DNA of 64,000 nucleotides from Spirochaetia bacterium (GCA_038204425.1 JBBRCZ010000004.1:64001-128000), one strand, 5' to 3'. Shown: positions 47,491 through 58,064, numbered from the stretch's first letter. Notes: a model not told the origin generated them from the letters alone. Numbers and translations: made by a program.

Positions 47491-48234
47491 TCACATTCCC
47501 AAACCGCCGGTAACTTTGATTTCTTCTCCGCTGACGTACGATGATAAGTCAGATGCCAAAAACAAACAAAGCTTGGCGACTTCTGCTGGCTCACCAAAGC
47601 GGCCCATTGGTATCTGGTCGAGCATGACCTTCTTCTGTTCTTCATTTAATTTGTCGGTCATTGGAGATACAATAAAACCTGGGGCAATGGCGTTTACCCG
47701 GATATTCTTGCCACCAACTTCGCGTGCCAATGACTTAGTTAGTCCTATCATGCCCGCTTTTGAAGCACAGTAGTTAAACTGCCCTGGATTGCCCATGATG
47801 CCTACAATTGAAGCCATGTTGATGATGGAACCCGATCGCTGTCGAATCATTGGCCGTATAACTGCGCGGCAAATCAAGAACGCACTCTTGAGATTGATAT
47901 TTAAGACATCGTCCCAATCCTGAGTGCTCATTCTCATTAGAAGGCCGTCGCGAGTAATTCCTGCGTTGTTTACCACGATATCGATACTGCCTTCGGCCTT
48001 GGCCATTTCGTCCACAATAGCATTGACTGCAGTCTCGTCGGTAACGTTTCCTTGCTTAAAAACTACCTTGCCACCCTTGGCACTAGCCAATTTTTGATAT
48101 TCCTCAAAAGAGTCACCCTGTTGAATATCAACATAATAAACGCTCGCACCATTCTCCAAAAACGAGAGAACAATTTCCCTGCCAATACCGCGGGAACCTC
48201 CGGTAACCAAAGCCTTCTTGCCTTGCAATAGCAT
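47491..48234 (-). CDS. fabG: 3-oxoacyl-ACP reductase
   Basis: TGGSRGIG, NNAGITRD, YCASKAG, VNAIAPGFI. Confidence 0.95.
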   Translation of the reverse strand: MLLQGKKALVTGGSRGIGREIVLSFLENGASVYYVDIQQGDSFEEYQKLASAKGGKVVFKQGNVTDETAVNAIVDEMAKAEGSIDIVVNNAGITRDGLLMRMSTQDWDDVLNINLKSAFLICRAVIRPMIRQRSGSIINMASIVGIMGNPGQFNYCASKAGMIGLTKSLAREVGGKNIRVNAIAPGFIVSPMTDKLNEEQKKVMLDQIPMGRFGEPAEVAKLCLFLASDLSSYVSGEEIKVTGGLGM

Positions 48235-48429
48235 ATTGAACTCCTCAAAAAAATAATTGCTGCAGATTAACTACAAACTTTTTAACGGCCACCCAAGGCT
48301 TAGTCAACTAGCCAGGTTGCTATTGTGGTCGATCTATAGAACCTTATTCTATAATTGCGCTAGGCAGTGCTATTATTTTCTTGGCCTAAATACTGGAAAC
48401 ACCTTGTCATTACCGTTATAGTCAGGGCC

Positions 48430-49644
48430 ATGAAGCTACAACGCAATCGCACGATTGCCTTCACAATTATTTTTGCTATGGCGATTATCCTCTTTATCGA
48501 TCCATTTAATTTTTTTAACCAAAAACGACCACCACGATTAGACTTTGATCAACAGCAACTCGATTTAGTTAGAGCCGTTGTATTAGAAGAAGCCAAGCCA
48601 GCAATAGAGTCAGTAATTGACGCCCTCAAAACAAACAAAGTTACCATGATAGGCGAAACTGGACTTATTCGGGACGAGGTTAATTTTTTTATCAAGGTCA
48701 TCAGCCAAATTCCAAACGATGCCCCAAGCAGCATAGGGCTTGATACCTTGCTCGTCAGTGACAACGAAGAGCTCAGCATGCTCATCGACAATCCGGTTTG
48801 GGACGAATCCGTAGCTAGAAGCCTTTTCTTTAACAACTCGCCGGTCTGGGGCTATCAAGAGTACATCAACATTGCCAAGGCCGTCTGGGAAAAGCGCCAG
48901 TCTGGTGCCGATCTGAGACTGCTGGGACTGTCCTACTCAGCTGATTTTTCTTTGATTAAGACTAATGAAGACTTTAGAAACCCCACAATCATTAGGACGG
49001 TCTGGCCACTTGGTTTACCCGATAGTTTTATGGCAAGCGAAATCCAGTCCCATTTAGACCAAGAACCTGAGCGCCGGGTGCTTGTTTTTTGTCAAAAACC
49101 CTACCTTTTTGCCTACTTATTCAACCTTGGCTTTGAGGCCGAAATGTCACGACTCGGTTTTACTGAGCTAAGGCACTGCGCTCAGATCCTCAAAGAAAGG
49201 TATGGTGACGCCTCGGTACATTTAGTTCATTTTAATTCGCCATGGCCTTTCAAGAGCTCAGATTTTGGATTGAGTTACTTTGCTGACGGCCTTTTTGAAA
49301 AAGTTGTTGAGTCGCTAGAACTTGGAGATACTAACCCATGGCCCTTAGCGATAGATTTGGGGTCCAAACGCTTAGACAGTATTACGCTGAGTTTGCATGA
49401 TTTTGACCCCGGTAAAAAAACAAAACTCAGCCAACTCGGTGATAGTGTTGTCATTTTGGGTTCGGTCAGGAAGTTTACCACCGTTGCAGCTATAGACAAC
49501 TTTATTACAACAAGCAATATTTCTGAACTTGCAAAGAGAATTCCCGGACTTTCCAATCCAAACGAAGCCACGCCGGCCGATTTAAATAATTCTATCCGTT
49601 CTGCCTCAGCGGATTTTCAACAAGTTCTAAGTGAGTTTCGCTAA
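48430..49644 (+). CDS. Hypothetical membrane-anchored periplasmic protein (ChaN/EreA-like N-terminal motif)
   Basis: N-terminal TM helix; VTMIGET motif loosely resembles the ChaN/erythromycin-esterase fold. Confidence 0.55.
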   Translation: MKLQRNRTIAFTIIFAMAIILFIDPFNFFNQKRPPRLDFDQQQLDLVRAVVLEEAKPAIESVIDALKTNKVTMIGETGLIRDEVNFFIKVISQIPNDAPSSIGLDTLLVSDNEELSMLIDNPVWDESVARSLFFNNSPVWGYQEYINIAKAVWEKRQSGADLRLLGLSYSADFSLIKTNEDFRNPTIIRTVWPLGLPDSFMASEIQSHLDQEPERRVLVFCQKPYLFAYLFNLGFEAEMSRLGFTELRHCAQILKERYGDASVHLVHFNSPWPFKSSDFGLSYFADGLFEKVVESLELGDTNPWPLAIDLGSKRLDSITLSLHDFDPGKKTKLSQLGDSVVILGSVRKFTTVAAIDNFITTSNISELAKRIPGLSNPNEATPADLNNSIRSASADFQQVLSEFR

Positions 49645-49662
49645 ATTGTTCAAGGAGCTTTC

Positions 49663-50682
49663 ATGAAAGCTGTCATCCGCTCGCTGGGTTCGTACGCGCC
49701 CATTAGAGTTATGCCCAACGATGAGTTGGCACACCAAGTTGATACCTCTGACGAATGGATCTATAGCCATACCGGAATAAGAAACCGCCATATTGCCGCT
49801 TCTGACCAAGCAGCAAGCGATCTTGCTATTGAAGCCTCTCTAAACGCTATAGAAGCAACCAAGCATGACGGCGGCCCGGCCTTAGAGGCTAATGATATTG
49901 ACCTCATCCTTTTGGCAACAGCAACCCCCGACTACATCGGATTTCCGTCGACCGCCTGCATTGTCCAGGCCGCTATTGGCGCAAACAAAGCAGCCGCCAT
50001 GGATATTTCCGCCGCTTGTACTGGGTTTATATACGCAATTGAAGTCGCACGCTCATTTATCATCGCCAAGTCGGCACGCACGGTACTTGTGATTGGCAGC
50101 GAAGTATTCTCCAAGATTGTTAATTGGAAAGATCGCTCGACTTGCGTTCTTTTTGGCGACGGCGCGGGAGCAGCGCTTGTTTGTGCGGCCGAAGACAACT
50201 CAAGTTTAGCTTGGGAACAAGGTCATTTAGGCATTGGATACTTGGCATCAGACGGTACTGGTGCTGAGCATCTCATTCGTCCTGCCGGGGGCAGCAAACA
50301 AGCATTGATTCCTGGCGTAACATCAGAAGAAGATCAGTTTGTTAAGATGAACGGAAGGCAAGTCTACCTTTTTGCAATAACAGCCATAATTGATTCAGTC
50401 AATAAACTGCTCGAGAGCAACAAGCTCACCTTTGAAGAAATAGATTTAGTTGTACCCCATCAAGCCAATCGTCGCATAATTGAAGCATCTTGCAAGCGTG
50501 CGGGGTGGGACGAATCCAAGTTTTTCATGAATATGGAAGAATATGCCAATACTTCGGCTGCCAGCATTCCCCTGGCTATGGATGAGCTATACCGAGCTGG
50601 CAAAATCAAGCGCGGCCAAAAAATCATCACGCTCGGCTTCGGTGGAGGACTAACCTTTGGAGGCAACTTTCTAGTTTGGTAG
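49663..50682 (+). CDS. fabH: Beta-ketoacyl-ACP synthase III
   Basis: DTSDEWI..TGIR.R, AACTGF (Cys), LFGDGAGA, VPHQANRRI, NTSAAS, FGGGLT. Confidence 0.96.
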   Translation: MKAVIRSLGSYAPIRVMPNDELAHQVDTSDEWIYSHTGIRNRHIAASDQAASDLAIEASLNAIEATKHDGGPALEANDIDLILLATATPDYIGFPSTACIVQAAIGANKAAAMDISAACTGFIYAIEVARSFIIAKSARTVLVIGSEVFSKIVNWKDRSTCVLFGDGAGAALVCAAEDNSSLAWEQGHLGIGYLASDGTGAEHLIRPAGGSKQALIPGVTSEEDQFVKMNGRQVYLFAITAIIDSVNKLLESNKLTFEEIDLVVPHQANRRIIEASCKRAGWDESKFFMNMEEYANTSAASIPLAMDELYRAGKIKRGQKIITLGFGGGLTFGGNFLVW

Positions 50683-50801
50683 CTAAAACCAGAAAGTTCA
50701 ACAGAGTACTAACCCTTTGAGCTAAAGAATTACCCCCAGTTCTTCGAAAATAAGAAAACGCAGGATGCAATCATATTTTTCTCCTGCGTAGGGAGTTAAG
50801 A

Positions 50802-51026
50802 ATGAAGTATATAGGCAAGTCCTATCAAATTCGTTCCAGCGAAGGCTTTGAAAAAACGATGGCAGTACTATCGGAACAGAGTGATAGTCTCTCAATACTG
50901 CTTACCACACAATCGGCATGGGGGCAAAATGAGAGTCGCGAAGACTTGCCAAAACATCTTTTTGAGACCTGCTTGCGCACCGGCTACCTTAGCGAAATCA
51001 AGCGCCAGTCCTTGACATTAGTATAA
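50802..51026 (+). CDS. Small hypothetical protein (74 aa)
   Basis: GGGAG RBS; C-terminal LFETCLRTGYL. Confidence 0.65.
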   Translation: MKYIGKSYQIRSSEGFEKTMAVLSEQSDSLSILLTTQSAWGQNESREDLPKHLFETCLRTGYLSEIKRQSLTLV

Positions 51027-51040
51027 CTTTCTACCATAGT
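51012..51040 (+). promoter_or_regulatory. Putative sigma70 promoter for tRNA-Ala
   Basis: TTGACA-N17-CATAGT ending 13 nt before the tRNA. Confidence 0.55.
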
Positions 51041-51053
51041 TTGCTTGCACAAC

Positions 51054-51127
<74 letters not shown>

Positions 51128-51249
51128 TTCTATTGTGCGCCTTTGGACGGGTCATGCTTAGAAAATTCGCTTGCATAGATCTGATGTTGGGGCCGTCTGA
51201 TTCAGGCGGCTTTGGTGAGGAACTTGAAATCATTATCCCAGAGGCCGAA

Positions 51250-52821
51250 ATGGGAAGTGGTGATTCGACGAGACCGCCAAGCTTTGCAGATCTTTTTGAC
51301 GACGAGCCAAGTACCCCCGGTGGCCTAAGTGCTTCCGACCTCAAAATCAGAACATTTAAAAAATGTGAGCCGTTATCAGAGGATCCTAAACCCTACTTCA
51401 AAGACTCCGACTACTACAAAGTTCTGCTTGGCAACGAAGGCGATTCCGCCAAAAGAGTACATCAGGTCCTGCAAGAATTTATTAAGGCCGAAGATCCTCA
51501 AGAAAAATCTGTCCAACGTCAAAGACTGGTGCCTGCCTATTGGGATTTCTATGCCAGCGTAGCTAGCAAAATTGGTGGCAAGATGCCAATTCCAAAACAA
51601 CTCTTGCTACGATTCGGCATCCTCTTGCCTACGGCGATTGATGCAGATCAACGACAGATCATTTCTTCAATAATTTCTAAGAACGACAGTGGAGAACCTA
51701 TTTTCTATGCTGACGAATGGCTCAAAGAAGTGGCCTACGGTCGAGTTAGCACTAGTGCAATTGATGAAACCAAGGGCGCGCAAAAAGGCGAGGGCGTCAA
51801 ACTAAACGCTCTTATGGAAAAAACTCGCGGCCGCTACGATGCTCAGGTTTCTTTGATTACCAATATTCTTGAAGACATGAACTTAGCAGAAAAAATGTTA
51901 GTCGAACACGCGCAGAACATTGCCAATCACTATCCAAGCTCAGAATACGGCAACTTAGCCGGCCCCTACAATGACAGTCAACGCTCAAGTTTTTCGGAAG
52001 TCGCGGATATTTTGCGCCGCCTTGGTGTCAATAACCGAAAGTTACAAATTGCTTTTGGCGAATTGTCGACAGTTCAAGAACAGTTGGATGGTCTGCGAGC
52101 TCGCGGCGAGGATATGCCTGAAGACAGCGCCGCCGACGCCAAAGCCGTTGTAGAGGAAGTCAACACTGTCAAGCAAATGGCCAAGATGGCCGTCGGTAGA
52201 CAGGGCAATCACTTTCCAATGCTGTCAAAACAATACTTTAGAGGCACGCTTCGCGATATTTGTACGCGCGAAAATGCCATCAATGCCTTGTTTGACGTAG
52301 AATACCTTGACGGCGGCATTTTTCTTCGCACTTTTAAGCAACAAACGAATAGAATTGTGCCCAACATAATTCTGCTGCCATGTTACGGTGATTTTGGCGT
52401 GTGTTGGGAGCCGTTTGAACGCTTTAATCGGGCTACCAGCAGAGGCCGGATTGCGTTGCCCATGTACCCTAAAGAGCTACGGGTGGCAGTAATCGCTGCA
52501 TGTGGTGACTTGCGCTGGCAAGTTGCCAAAGAAAAAGCGCAGCATTACTGGATGGAAGAAGGACTCACTGGTTGGTACTATCAATGGTTCTCAGAACAGA
52601 AACTCAAGGGTGACGTAAAAGATAAATTTATAGAAGACTATGTTTTGTGGATAACCAAAGAAGCCGAAGGCACCCAAAAGCTGGAACGGCCGGTACGTGA
52701 AATTTTTTGGCGTTACATGCCTTTTCCACAAGAACGAAAAGACTCGCTCAAAAACCGCGGGTTCGTTTATGCGGAGCTCGCGAAAAAAGACCTCAACCGT
52801 TCAATGTCTGACGGTTACTAA
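51250..52821 (+). CDS. Conserved hypothetical protein with central coiled coil (start uncertain)
   Basis: Long ORF with aromatic-rich C-terminal domain (PNIILLPCYG..GVCWEP, GDLRWQ, EGLTGWYYQW). GAGG before the ATG at 51250. Confidence 0.75.
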   Translation: MGSGDSTRPPSFADLFDDEPSTPGGLSASDLKIRTFKKCEPLSEDPKPYFKDSDYYKVLLGNEGDSAKRVHQVLQEFIKAEDPQEKSVQRQRLVPAYWDFYASVASKIGGKMPIPKQLLLRFGILLPTAIDADQRQIISSIISKNDSGEPIFYADEWLKEVAYGRVSTSAIDETKGAQKGEGVKLNALMEKTRGRYDAQVSLITNILEDMNLAEKMLVEHAQNIANHYPSSEYGNLAGPYNDSQRSSFSEVADILRRLGVNNRKLQIAFGELSTVQEQLDGLRARGEDMPEDSAADAKAVVEEVNTVKQMAKMAVGRQGNHFPMLSKQYFRGTLRDICTRENAINALFDVEYLDGGIFLRTFKQQTNRIVPNIILLPCYGDFGVCWEPFERFNRATSRGRIALPMYPKELRVAVIAACGDLRWQVAKEKAQHYWMEEGLTGWYYQWFSEQKLKGDVKDKFIEDYVLWITKEAEGTQKLERPVREIFWRYMPFPQERKDSLKNRGFVYAELAKKDLNRSMSDGY

Positions 52822-53111
52822 GCGCTTTTGCTGCCAGACTTCTTAGACTTAAAGCTCGGCTCTAAGTACTTCTCGAGACCAAACTTTTGATTAGCCTTTT
52901 TCATCAAAAAATTGTAGATCGGATAGGTTCCGATGATGGGGCCGAGAAATATAACGAGCACAGCTATCGTAGTGACCAGTTCATTGGCACTAGCTGCAAT
53001 AAAAGTCATGTAGATCCACAAGGGCGGTATCACAAGTAAGGCAATAATCAACAAATTGCCCAAGGTCGCCGCTATTACGAAGATCATCGAATTAATCTTT
53101 TTGTTCATCAT
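52818..53111 (-). CDS. Small two-TM membrane protein
   Basis: MNKKINSMIFVIAATLGN...KFGLEKYLEPSF. Confidence 0.7.
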   Translation of the reverse strand: MMNKKINSMIFVIAATLGNLLIIALLVIPPLWIYMTFIAASANELVTTIAVLVIFLGPIIGTYPIYNFLMKKANQKFGLEKYLEPSFKSKKSGSKSA

Positions 53112-53144
53112 TTATAGTCCATATCCCGTTTGAGTTTATTGAGC

Positions 53145-53915
53145 TCAGAAGCCAGTCGGCAGATCTATAAAGCAGGTACTCAAGCCCAGATCTTGCGACA
53201 TTCTCTTAGCAAGCAAGCTAACACCCCAAATCTCGGTTTGATAGTGTCCACCAAAAATAACATTGATGCCGGCCTCAAGACAACGATGATAGATGGTATG
53301 GTCTGCATCCCCGGTTATAAATAGATCCACTCCTAGCGCTATTGCTTCATCAACCAAGTCGCATGCGCCACCCGAAACGATAGCCACGCTGACATTTTTT
53401 TCTTTACCAAAAGGCAGGCGCCCTAGTTCACTGCGGTCATCAGTAAACAGTCTGTCGCCTATCACTTCGATACGTTGGGGCTCTGGTAGATTTCCCACAA
53501 CGCCGATTTTTACGCCCTTGTAGGTTCCAAATTCTTGCCGATCAGTCAGCCCGAGCTGATTCGCTAGTCCGGCGTTGTTGCCAAGTTGGGGATGCATATC
53601 CAACGGTAGATGGATAGCATAGAGCGCAAGATCTTCTTTGCAAAGCAATGACACTCTATCGTAGGCATTGCCCGTAATTGGAAACATCGAGCCCCAAAAG
53701 ATGCCGTGATGAACCAAGAGCAGATCGGCCTTCCAAGAGATAGCACGTTCAAAAGTCTCCAGACATGCATCAACAGCAAAGGCAACTCTGGTGACCGTCT
53801 TGTCCAAGCGACCAAGTTGAAGGCCATTGTAGGCACTATCGATCTTCTTTAGTTCTTCTATGGGAAAAATCGATCTAAGGTACTGATCGATTTCAAGTAA
53901 AGTGACTTTGCTCAT
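53145..53915 (-). CDS. Nif3/YbgI-like dinuclear metal-centre protein
   Basis: NGLQ, LVHHGIFW, HLPLDMHP.LGNN, FITGD, GHYQTE. Confidence 0.92.
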   Translation of the reverse strand: MSKVTLLEIDQYLRSIFPIEELKKIDSAYNGLQLGRLDKTVTRVAFAVDACLETFERAISWKADLLLVHHGIFWGSMFPITGNAYDRVSLLCKEDLALYAIHLPLDMHPQLGNNAGLANQLGLTDRQEFGTYKGVKIGVVGNLPEPQRIEVIGDRLFTDDRSELGRLPFGKEKNVSVAIVSGGACDLVDEAIALGVDLFITGDADHTIYHRCLEAGINVIFGGHYQTEIWGVSLLAKRMSQDLGLSTCFIDLPTGF

Positions 53916-53982
53916 TGGACCAGTATACGCCAAAGCCTTGACTGTGGAAAGAATGTTGGTTCTGGGTTACAGTCAGCCTATC

Positions 53983-56463
53983 ATGACCATTGAAAACAAG
54001 ACTGTTAGCCCCGACCATGCCAGCGTTAGCTGCCTGTTGAGTCCCGAAGCCTGTACCTTTCGTATTGACGAAACAAATATACAGTTTCAAAACAGTATAT
54101 CCTCAGACTTTGCTATCATTGGCCAAGAACGGGCAATGATGGCGATAGAGATGGCTATCAATATACGTGCAAAAGGATATAACCTTTTTGTCAGTGGACC
54201 AGCAGGCACAGGCAAGCGAACCGCTATAAAGCATGTGCTCAACAAGCTGCCTCCTGAACCAGAAAGGATGCGAGACCTGTGTTTGGCTTGCGATTTTAAG
54301 GATCCAGATGCCCCTCGTCCGCTCTACTTTCCGGCCGGAATTGCCCGAATGTTTCAGAAAGATTTGCGAGATTTTTTGCGCAACCTTTCGGCAGCCTTAC
54401 TAGAACTCAGCCACCAACCACAGTTCAGAAGCATCAAAGACAGAATTTTGATGCAAACCGAAACCGAAGAGCATCAATTGATCTTTGATTTTGAAGGTAA
54501 GTTGAGCCGAGAAGGCTTTAAGATAGTTCAGTTAGAAGGCGACGAACAAGCAAAGACCGACATATTACCTTTGATCAACGACGAAGTATCTGATTTTGAC
54601 ACTTTACAAGGCATGGTTGCCCGTGGTGAGATGAGTGAAACCGACTATTCAAAACTAAGAGAGCGACAGCTCGGCTTCATTGACGAAATGCAGGCGATTT
54701 TTGAAACCTTGCGTCGACGCCGTAAAGAAATGCAGCACTCGCTCGAAACACTGCGCAGCGAAATCATACAGCCATTTATCCATGATGGTTTAGAAACTAT
54801 TGCCTTGGCCTACGACTCTGAGGAAGTCAAAAATTTTCTCAAAGACATGGAAGAGCACCTTGACTCCAGTGGTGGATTGATAAAAAAAGGTATTGAGAGC
54901 ACTAGCGACAGCTCAGGCAAAGCGGAATCCAACGATAACCTTGACTTGCCATGGTCTGGGTCTGATGTACCTGAGCACCTAAAGCTCTACGACGTTAACG
55001 TTTTGATTGACCATAGCGATGACCCAAGCAATCCGATTCTTTTTGAGCAATACCCCGACTACCCAAAGCTTTTTGGCATCATTGAACCAAGCGCAGAAGG
55101 GAGTGATGCACGAGCAAGTCACCATTTGGTTCGTGCTGGCAGTTTGCTTAAGGCGTCGGGTGGCTACTTGGTTTTACGAGCAGAAGACTTGTTGCGTGAT
55201 GAGGATACCTACGTGGCACTTAAACGCGCCTTGCAAGAAGGTTCAGTAGAAATTCGCAATGTACCAAACTCCTACGGGCAAGGCAACCCAAGTGCCGTAA
55301 AGCCAAAGCCAATCAAAATTGATCTCAAACTAATTGTGATGGCACCAGACGGCCTCTACGAGGCCTTATTTGATCGGGATGAAGATTTTGAAAAGCTCTT
55401 TAAGGTCCCGGCCGAGTTTGACTCATCGGTCGACCGCACGGCAGCAGTTTCTCAAACCTACACCGATTTCTTATATATGATAGCCCAAGAAAACAAGCTC
55501 TTAACCCTTACCAAGTCAGCGGTCGCCGCACTGCACGAATGCGCGGTAAGGGACTCCGAGTTTCGCAATAAGCTATCCACACGTTTTTCAAGTCTGGCGG
55601 ACATTTTGCGCGAAGGCAACTACCATGCCATCAAGACTGGAGCCAAAGAAATCCACCGAGAACACATCGAATCGGCACTGCGTATAAGAGAATTTCTCTA
55701 CAATTTGCCAGAAGAAAAAATTGACGAACAAATCTTAAGTGGCGAACTACTTATACATGTAGAAGGCAGTCAAGTTGGCAGGGTCAATGGTCTTGCCGTT
55801 ATGGATCGTGGCTACTACGCATTTGGCAGGCCAACAGTTATAAGTGCCCAAGTTGCGCCTGGAAGCGATGGCGTTATAAACGTAGAACGAGAAGTGGGAC
55901 TGTCAGGCGAAATCCATGACAAGGGCACCATGATAGTCGAATCCTATATTAAGGCGATTTACGCCAAAGACTTTCCACTTTCCATTAGCGCCAGTATCTG
56001 TTTTGAGCAATCATATTCAGAGGTCGACGGTGACAGTGCCTCAAGCACCGAAGTTTATGCACTCTTGTCGTCTATCGGAAATATTCCACTTAGGCAAGAT
56101 ATTGCGGTCACAGGCTCAGTAAACCAAATGGGGCAGATCCAGCCAGTTGGTGGAGTGGTTCAGAAAATCGAAGGCTTTTACGCAGTTTGCAAAAAGGTTG
56201 GCCTCAATGGCAAACAAGGCGTAATCATTCCTCACCAGAATATTGAGAACCTTATCTTACGTGAGGATGTTCAACATGCAATCCAAACTGGCCAGTTTAG
56301 AGTTTGGGCAATTAAGACCATAGATGAAGGATTTGAAATACTTTCCCAGCTAACGGTAGGAAGAAAAAACGCCAAAGGGGTCTACCAAAGTGATAGCTTT
56401 AATGCAATAATTGAAAAAAGATTGCGGGAAATGGCGCGAATATCTAAAGAGTTTGGAAATTAG
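53983..56463 (+). CDS. Lon-like ATP-dependent protease (LonB/LonC type, S16 peptidase domain)
   Basis: IGQERA, Walker A GPAGTGK, GRVNGLAV, LSGEIHDKG, FEQSY..VDGDSAS (Ser), GGVVQKIEGF (Lys). Confidence 0.92.
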   Translation: MTIENKTVSPDHASVSCLLSPEACTFRIDETNIQFQNSISSDFAIIGQERAMMAIEMAINIRAKGYNLFVSGPAGTGKRTAIKHVLNKLPPEPERMRDLCLACDFKDPDAPRPLYFPAGIARMFQKDLRDFLRNLSAALLELSHQPQFRSIKDRILMQTETEEHQLIFDFEGKLSREGFKIVQLEGDEQAKTDILPLINDEVSDFDTLQGMVARGEMSETDYSKLRERQLGFIDEMQAIFETLRRRRKEMQHSLETLRSEIIQPFIHDGLETIALAYDSEEVKNFLKDMEEHLDSSGGLIKKGIESTSDSSGKAESNDNLDLPWSGSDVPEHLKLYDVNVLIDHSDDPSNPILFEQYPDYPKLFGIIEPSAEGSDARASHHLVRAGSLLKASGGYLVLRAEDLLRDEDTYVALKRALQEGSVEIRNVPNSYGQGNPSAVKPKPIKIDLKLIVMAPDGLYEALFDRDEDFEKLFKVPAEFDSSVDRTAAVSQTYTDFLYMIAQENKLLTLTKSAVAALHECAVRDSEFRNKLSTRFSSLADILREGNYHAIKTGAKEIHREHIESALRIREFLYNLPEEKIDEQILSGELLIHVEGSQVGRVNGLAVMDRGYYAFGRPTVISAQVAPGSDGVINVEREVGLSGEIHDKGTMIVESYIKAIYAKDFPLSISASICFEQSYSEVDGDSASSTEVYALLSSIGNIPLRQDIAVTGSVNQMGQIQPVGGVVQKIEGFYAVCKKVGLNGKQGVIIPHQNIENLILREDVQHAIQTGQFRVWAIKTIDEGFEILSQLTVGRKNAKGVYQSDSFNAIIEKRLREMARISKEFGN

Positions 56464-56554
56464 GAAAAACATTAGAGATAATTCGAAACAATTCAACACG
56501 GTCCGTTGCGTTTCGTAAAAAAATCACTATGATGAAAGTAACAGGTTAAATGAA

Positions 56555-58042
56555 ATGAAACTGGATAAGTCTACCATTGTTCAAGCTGCGCGAAACTCTG
56601 CTCCTCTAACCATTAAGACCTATACTCTTCCGCATGATACCGAAGAGGAGCTTGAAGGAATTCTTGAAGTCTTCCTTAACGAAATGGGACAAGAAAGCAT
56701 CAAAGATGCACTCTATTACTGTTTGCGAGAACTGGCAGTAAACGCAAAGAAGGCCAACACCAAGCGCGTATTCTTTAAGGAACGCGAACTCGATCTCAGT
56801 GACGACGCCCATTATGCAGAAGGCATGATTGCCTTCAAGAGAGAAACGCTTGATAATATTGACTATTATCTGCAGAAGCAAAAAGAAGCGGGTCTCTATA
56901 TCAAGATCATTTTTCATACCCAGGGTGACTTGTTTAACCTCTACGTTTGTAATAATTCAGAGATGACCCGCAAAGAACAAATTAGGGTTTACGATCGAAT
57001 TGCCCGCTCACGCGCCTTTGAGAGCATGGAAGAGGCCTTGGCGACTGTTTTGGATGATTCCGAAGGTGCCGGTCTCGGTCTCGTTATCATGGTTCTTATG
57101 CTCAAGCGAATTGGCCTCAACGAAGATGCTTTTGATATTGACGTGGATCGAGGCGAAACCATAGCCCGCGTAAGCATTCCTATGTCACAAATCCGTAAAG
57201 ACCATGTACATGAAGTCTCGATGCAGATGATCAAGTACATTGACAATTTGCCGCAGTTTCCCGAAAATATTTCCCAATTACAGGCTAAGATTAATGACCC
57301 CGATGTAGAAATGGCCGAAGTTGCAAGAACGATAGCCATCGATCCTGCCCTCACTGCTGACTTGCTCAAATTAGTCAACTCAGCCGCGTTTATGCTACCC
57401 AAAAAAGTAGACAATATTCACGAGGCAGTAATGTTGGTCGGTTTGCGCGGCTTGCGAAACTTACTTTATTCTTACGGAACACAGAAGGTTTTAGGTGCCG
57501 AAAGTGAAAAAACCAGAGCATTGTGGCAGCACTCCTACCGCACTGCCTACTACAGCTATTCAATAGGCAAGAATATTCTGCGCAACAAGGCTATTTTGGA
57601 TGACGTATATATTGGCGGCATTCTGCATGATATGGGCAAGATAGTGTTTAGTTCGGTTCATCCTGACTTGATCAGCAACATAGAAAAATTTTGCGGCGAA
57701 AAGAACATCCCTCGCCTGCTTTTTGAAGATATGAGCGCCGGGATGAGTCATGCCGAAATCGGCGGCCTAATCGCAGAAAAATGGAATTTTCCAGAAGTCT
57801 TGGCGGACGCAATTAGACACCATCACGTGCCCCAGAATTCAAAACCACATCATAGGCAAGTGGTAAACACGGTCTATTTGGCCAATTCGCTGTGTAACTA
57901 TCGAGATAAGATTCTCACCTTTGATCAATTAGATCCTGATGTCTTGTCCGAGTTTGGTATAAAAACGCAAGAACAGTTTGTAAACTTGGAAGAAAGGCTC
58001 TACCTCGCTTTCCAAAGAGAATCACGTGCCTCAAGAGAATAG
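56555..58042 (+). CDS. GHKL-like ATPase domain + HDOD domain signalling protein
   Basis: RELAVNAKKAN (N box-like), EGAGLGL (G box-like); LPQFP, DPALTADLLKLVNSA, LWQHS, LHDMGK, HAEIGG..AEKWNFP. Confidence 0.85.
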   Translation: MKLDKSTIVQAARNSAPLTIKTYTLPHDTEEELEGILEVFLNEMGQESIKDALYYCLRELAVNAKKANTKRVFFKERELDLSDDAHYAEGMIAFKRETLDNIDYYLQKQKEAGLYIKIIFHTQGDLFNLYVCNNSEMTRKEQIRVYDRIARSRAFESMEEALATVLDDSEGAGLGLVIMVLMLKRIGLNEDAFDIDVDRGETIARVSIPMSQIRKDHVHEVSMQMIKYIDNLPQFPENISQLQAKINDPDVEMAEVARTIAIDPALTADLLKLVNSAAFMLPKKVDNIHEAVMLVGLRGLRNLLYSYGTQKVLGAESEKTRALWQHSYRTAYYSYSIGKNILRNKAILDDVYIGGILHDMGKIVFSSVHPDLISNIEKFCGEKNIPRLLFEDMSAGMSHAEIGGLIAEKWNFPEVLADAIRHHHVPQNSKPHHRQVVNTVYLANSLCNYRDKILTFDQLDPDVLSEFGIKTQEQFVNLEERLYLAFQRESRASRE

Positions 58043-58064
58043 ATTCTTTTTCTGATTGCCTGGC

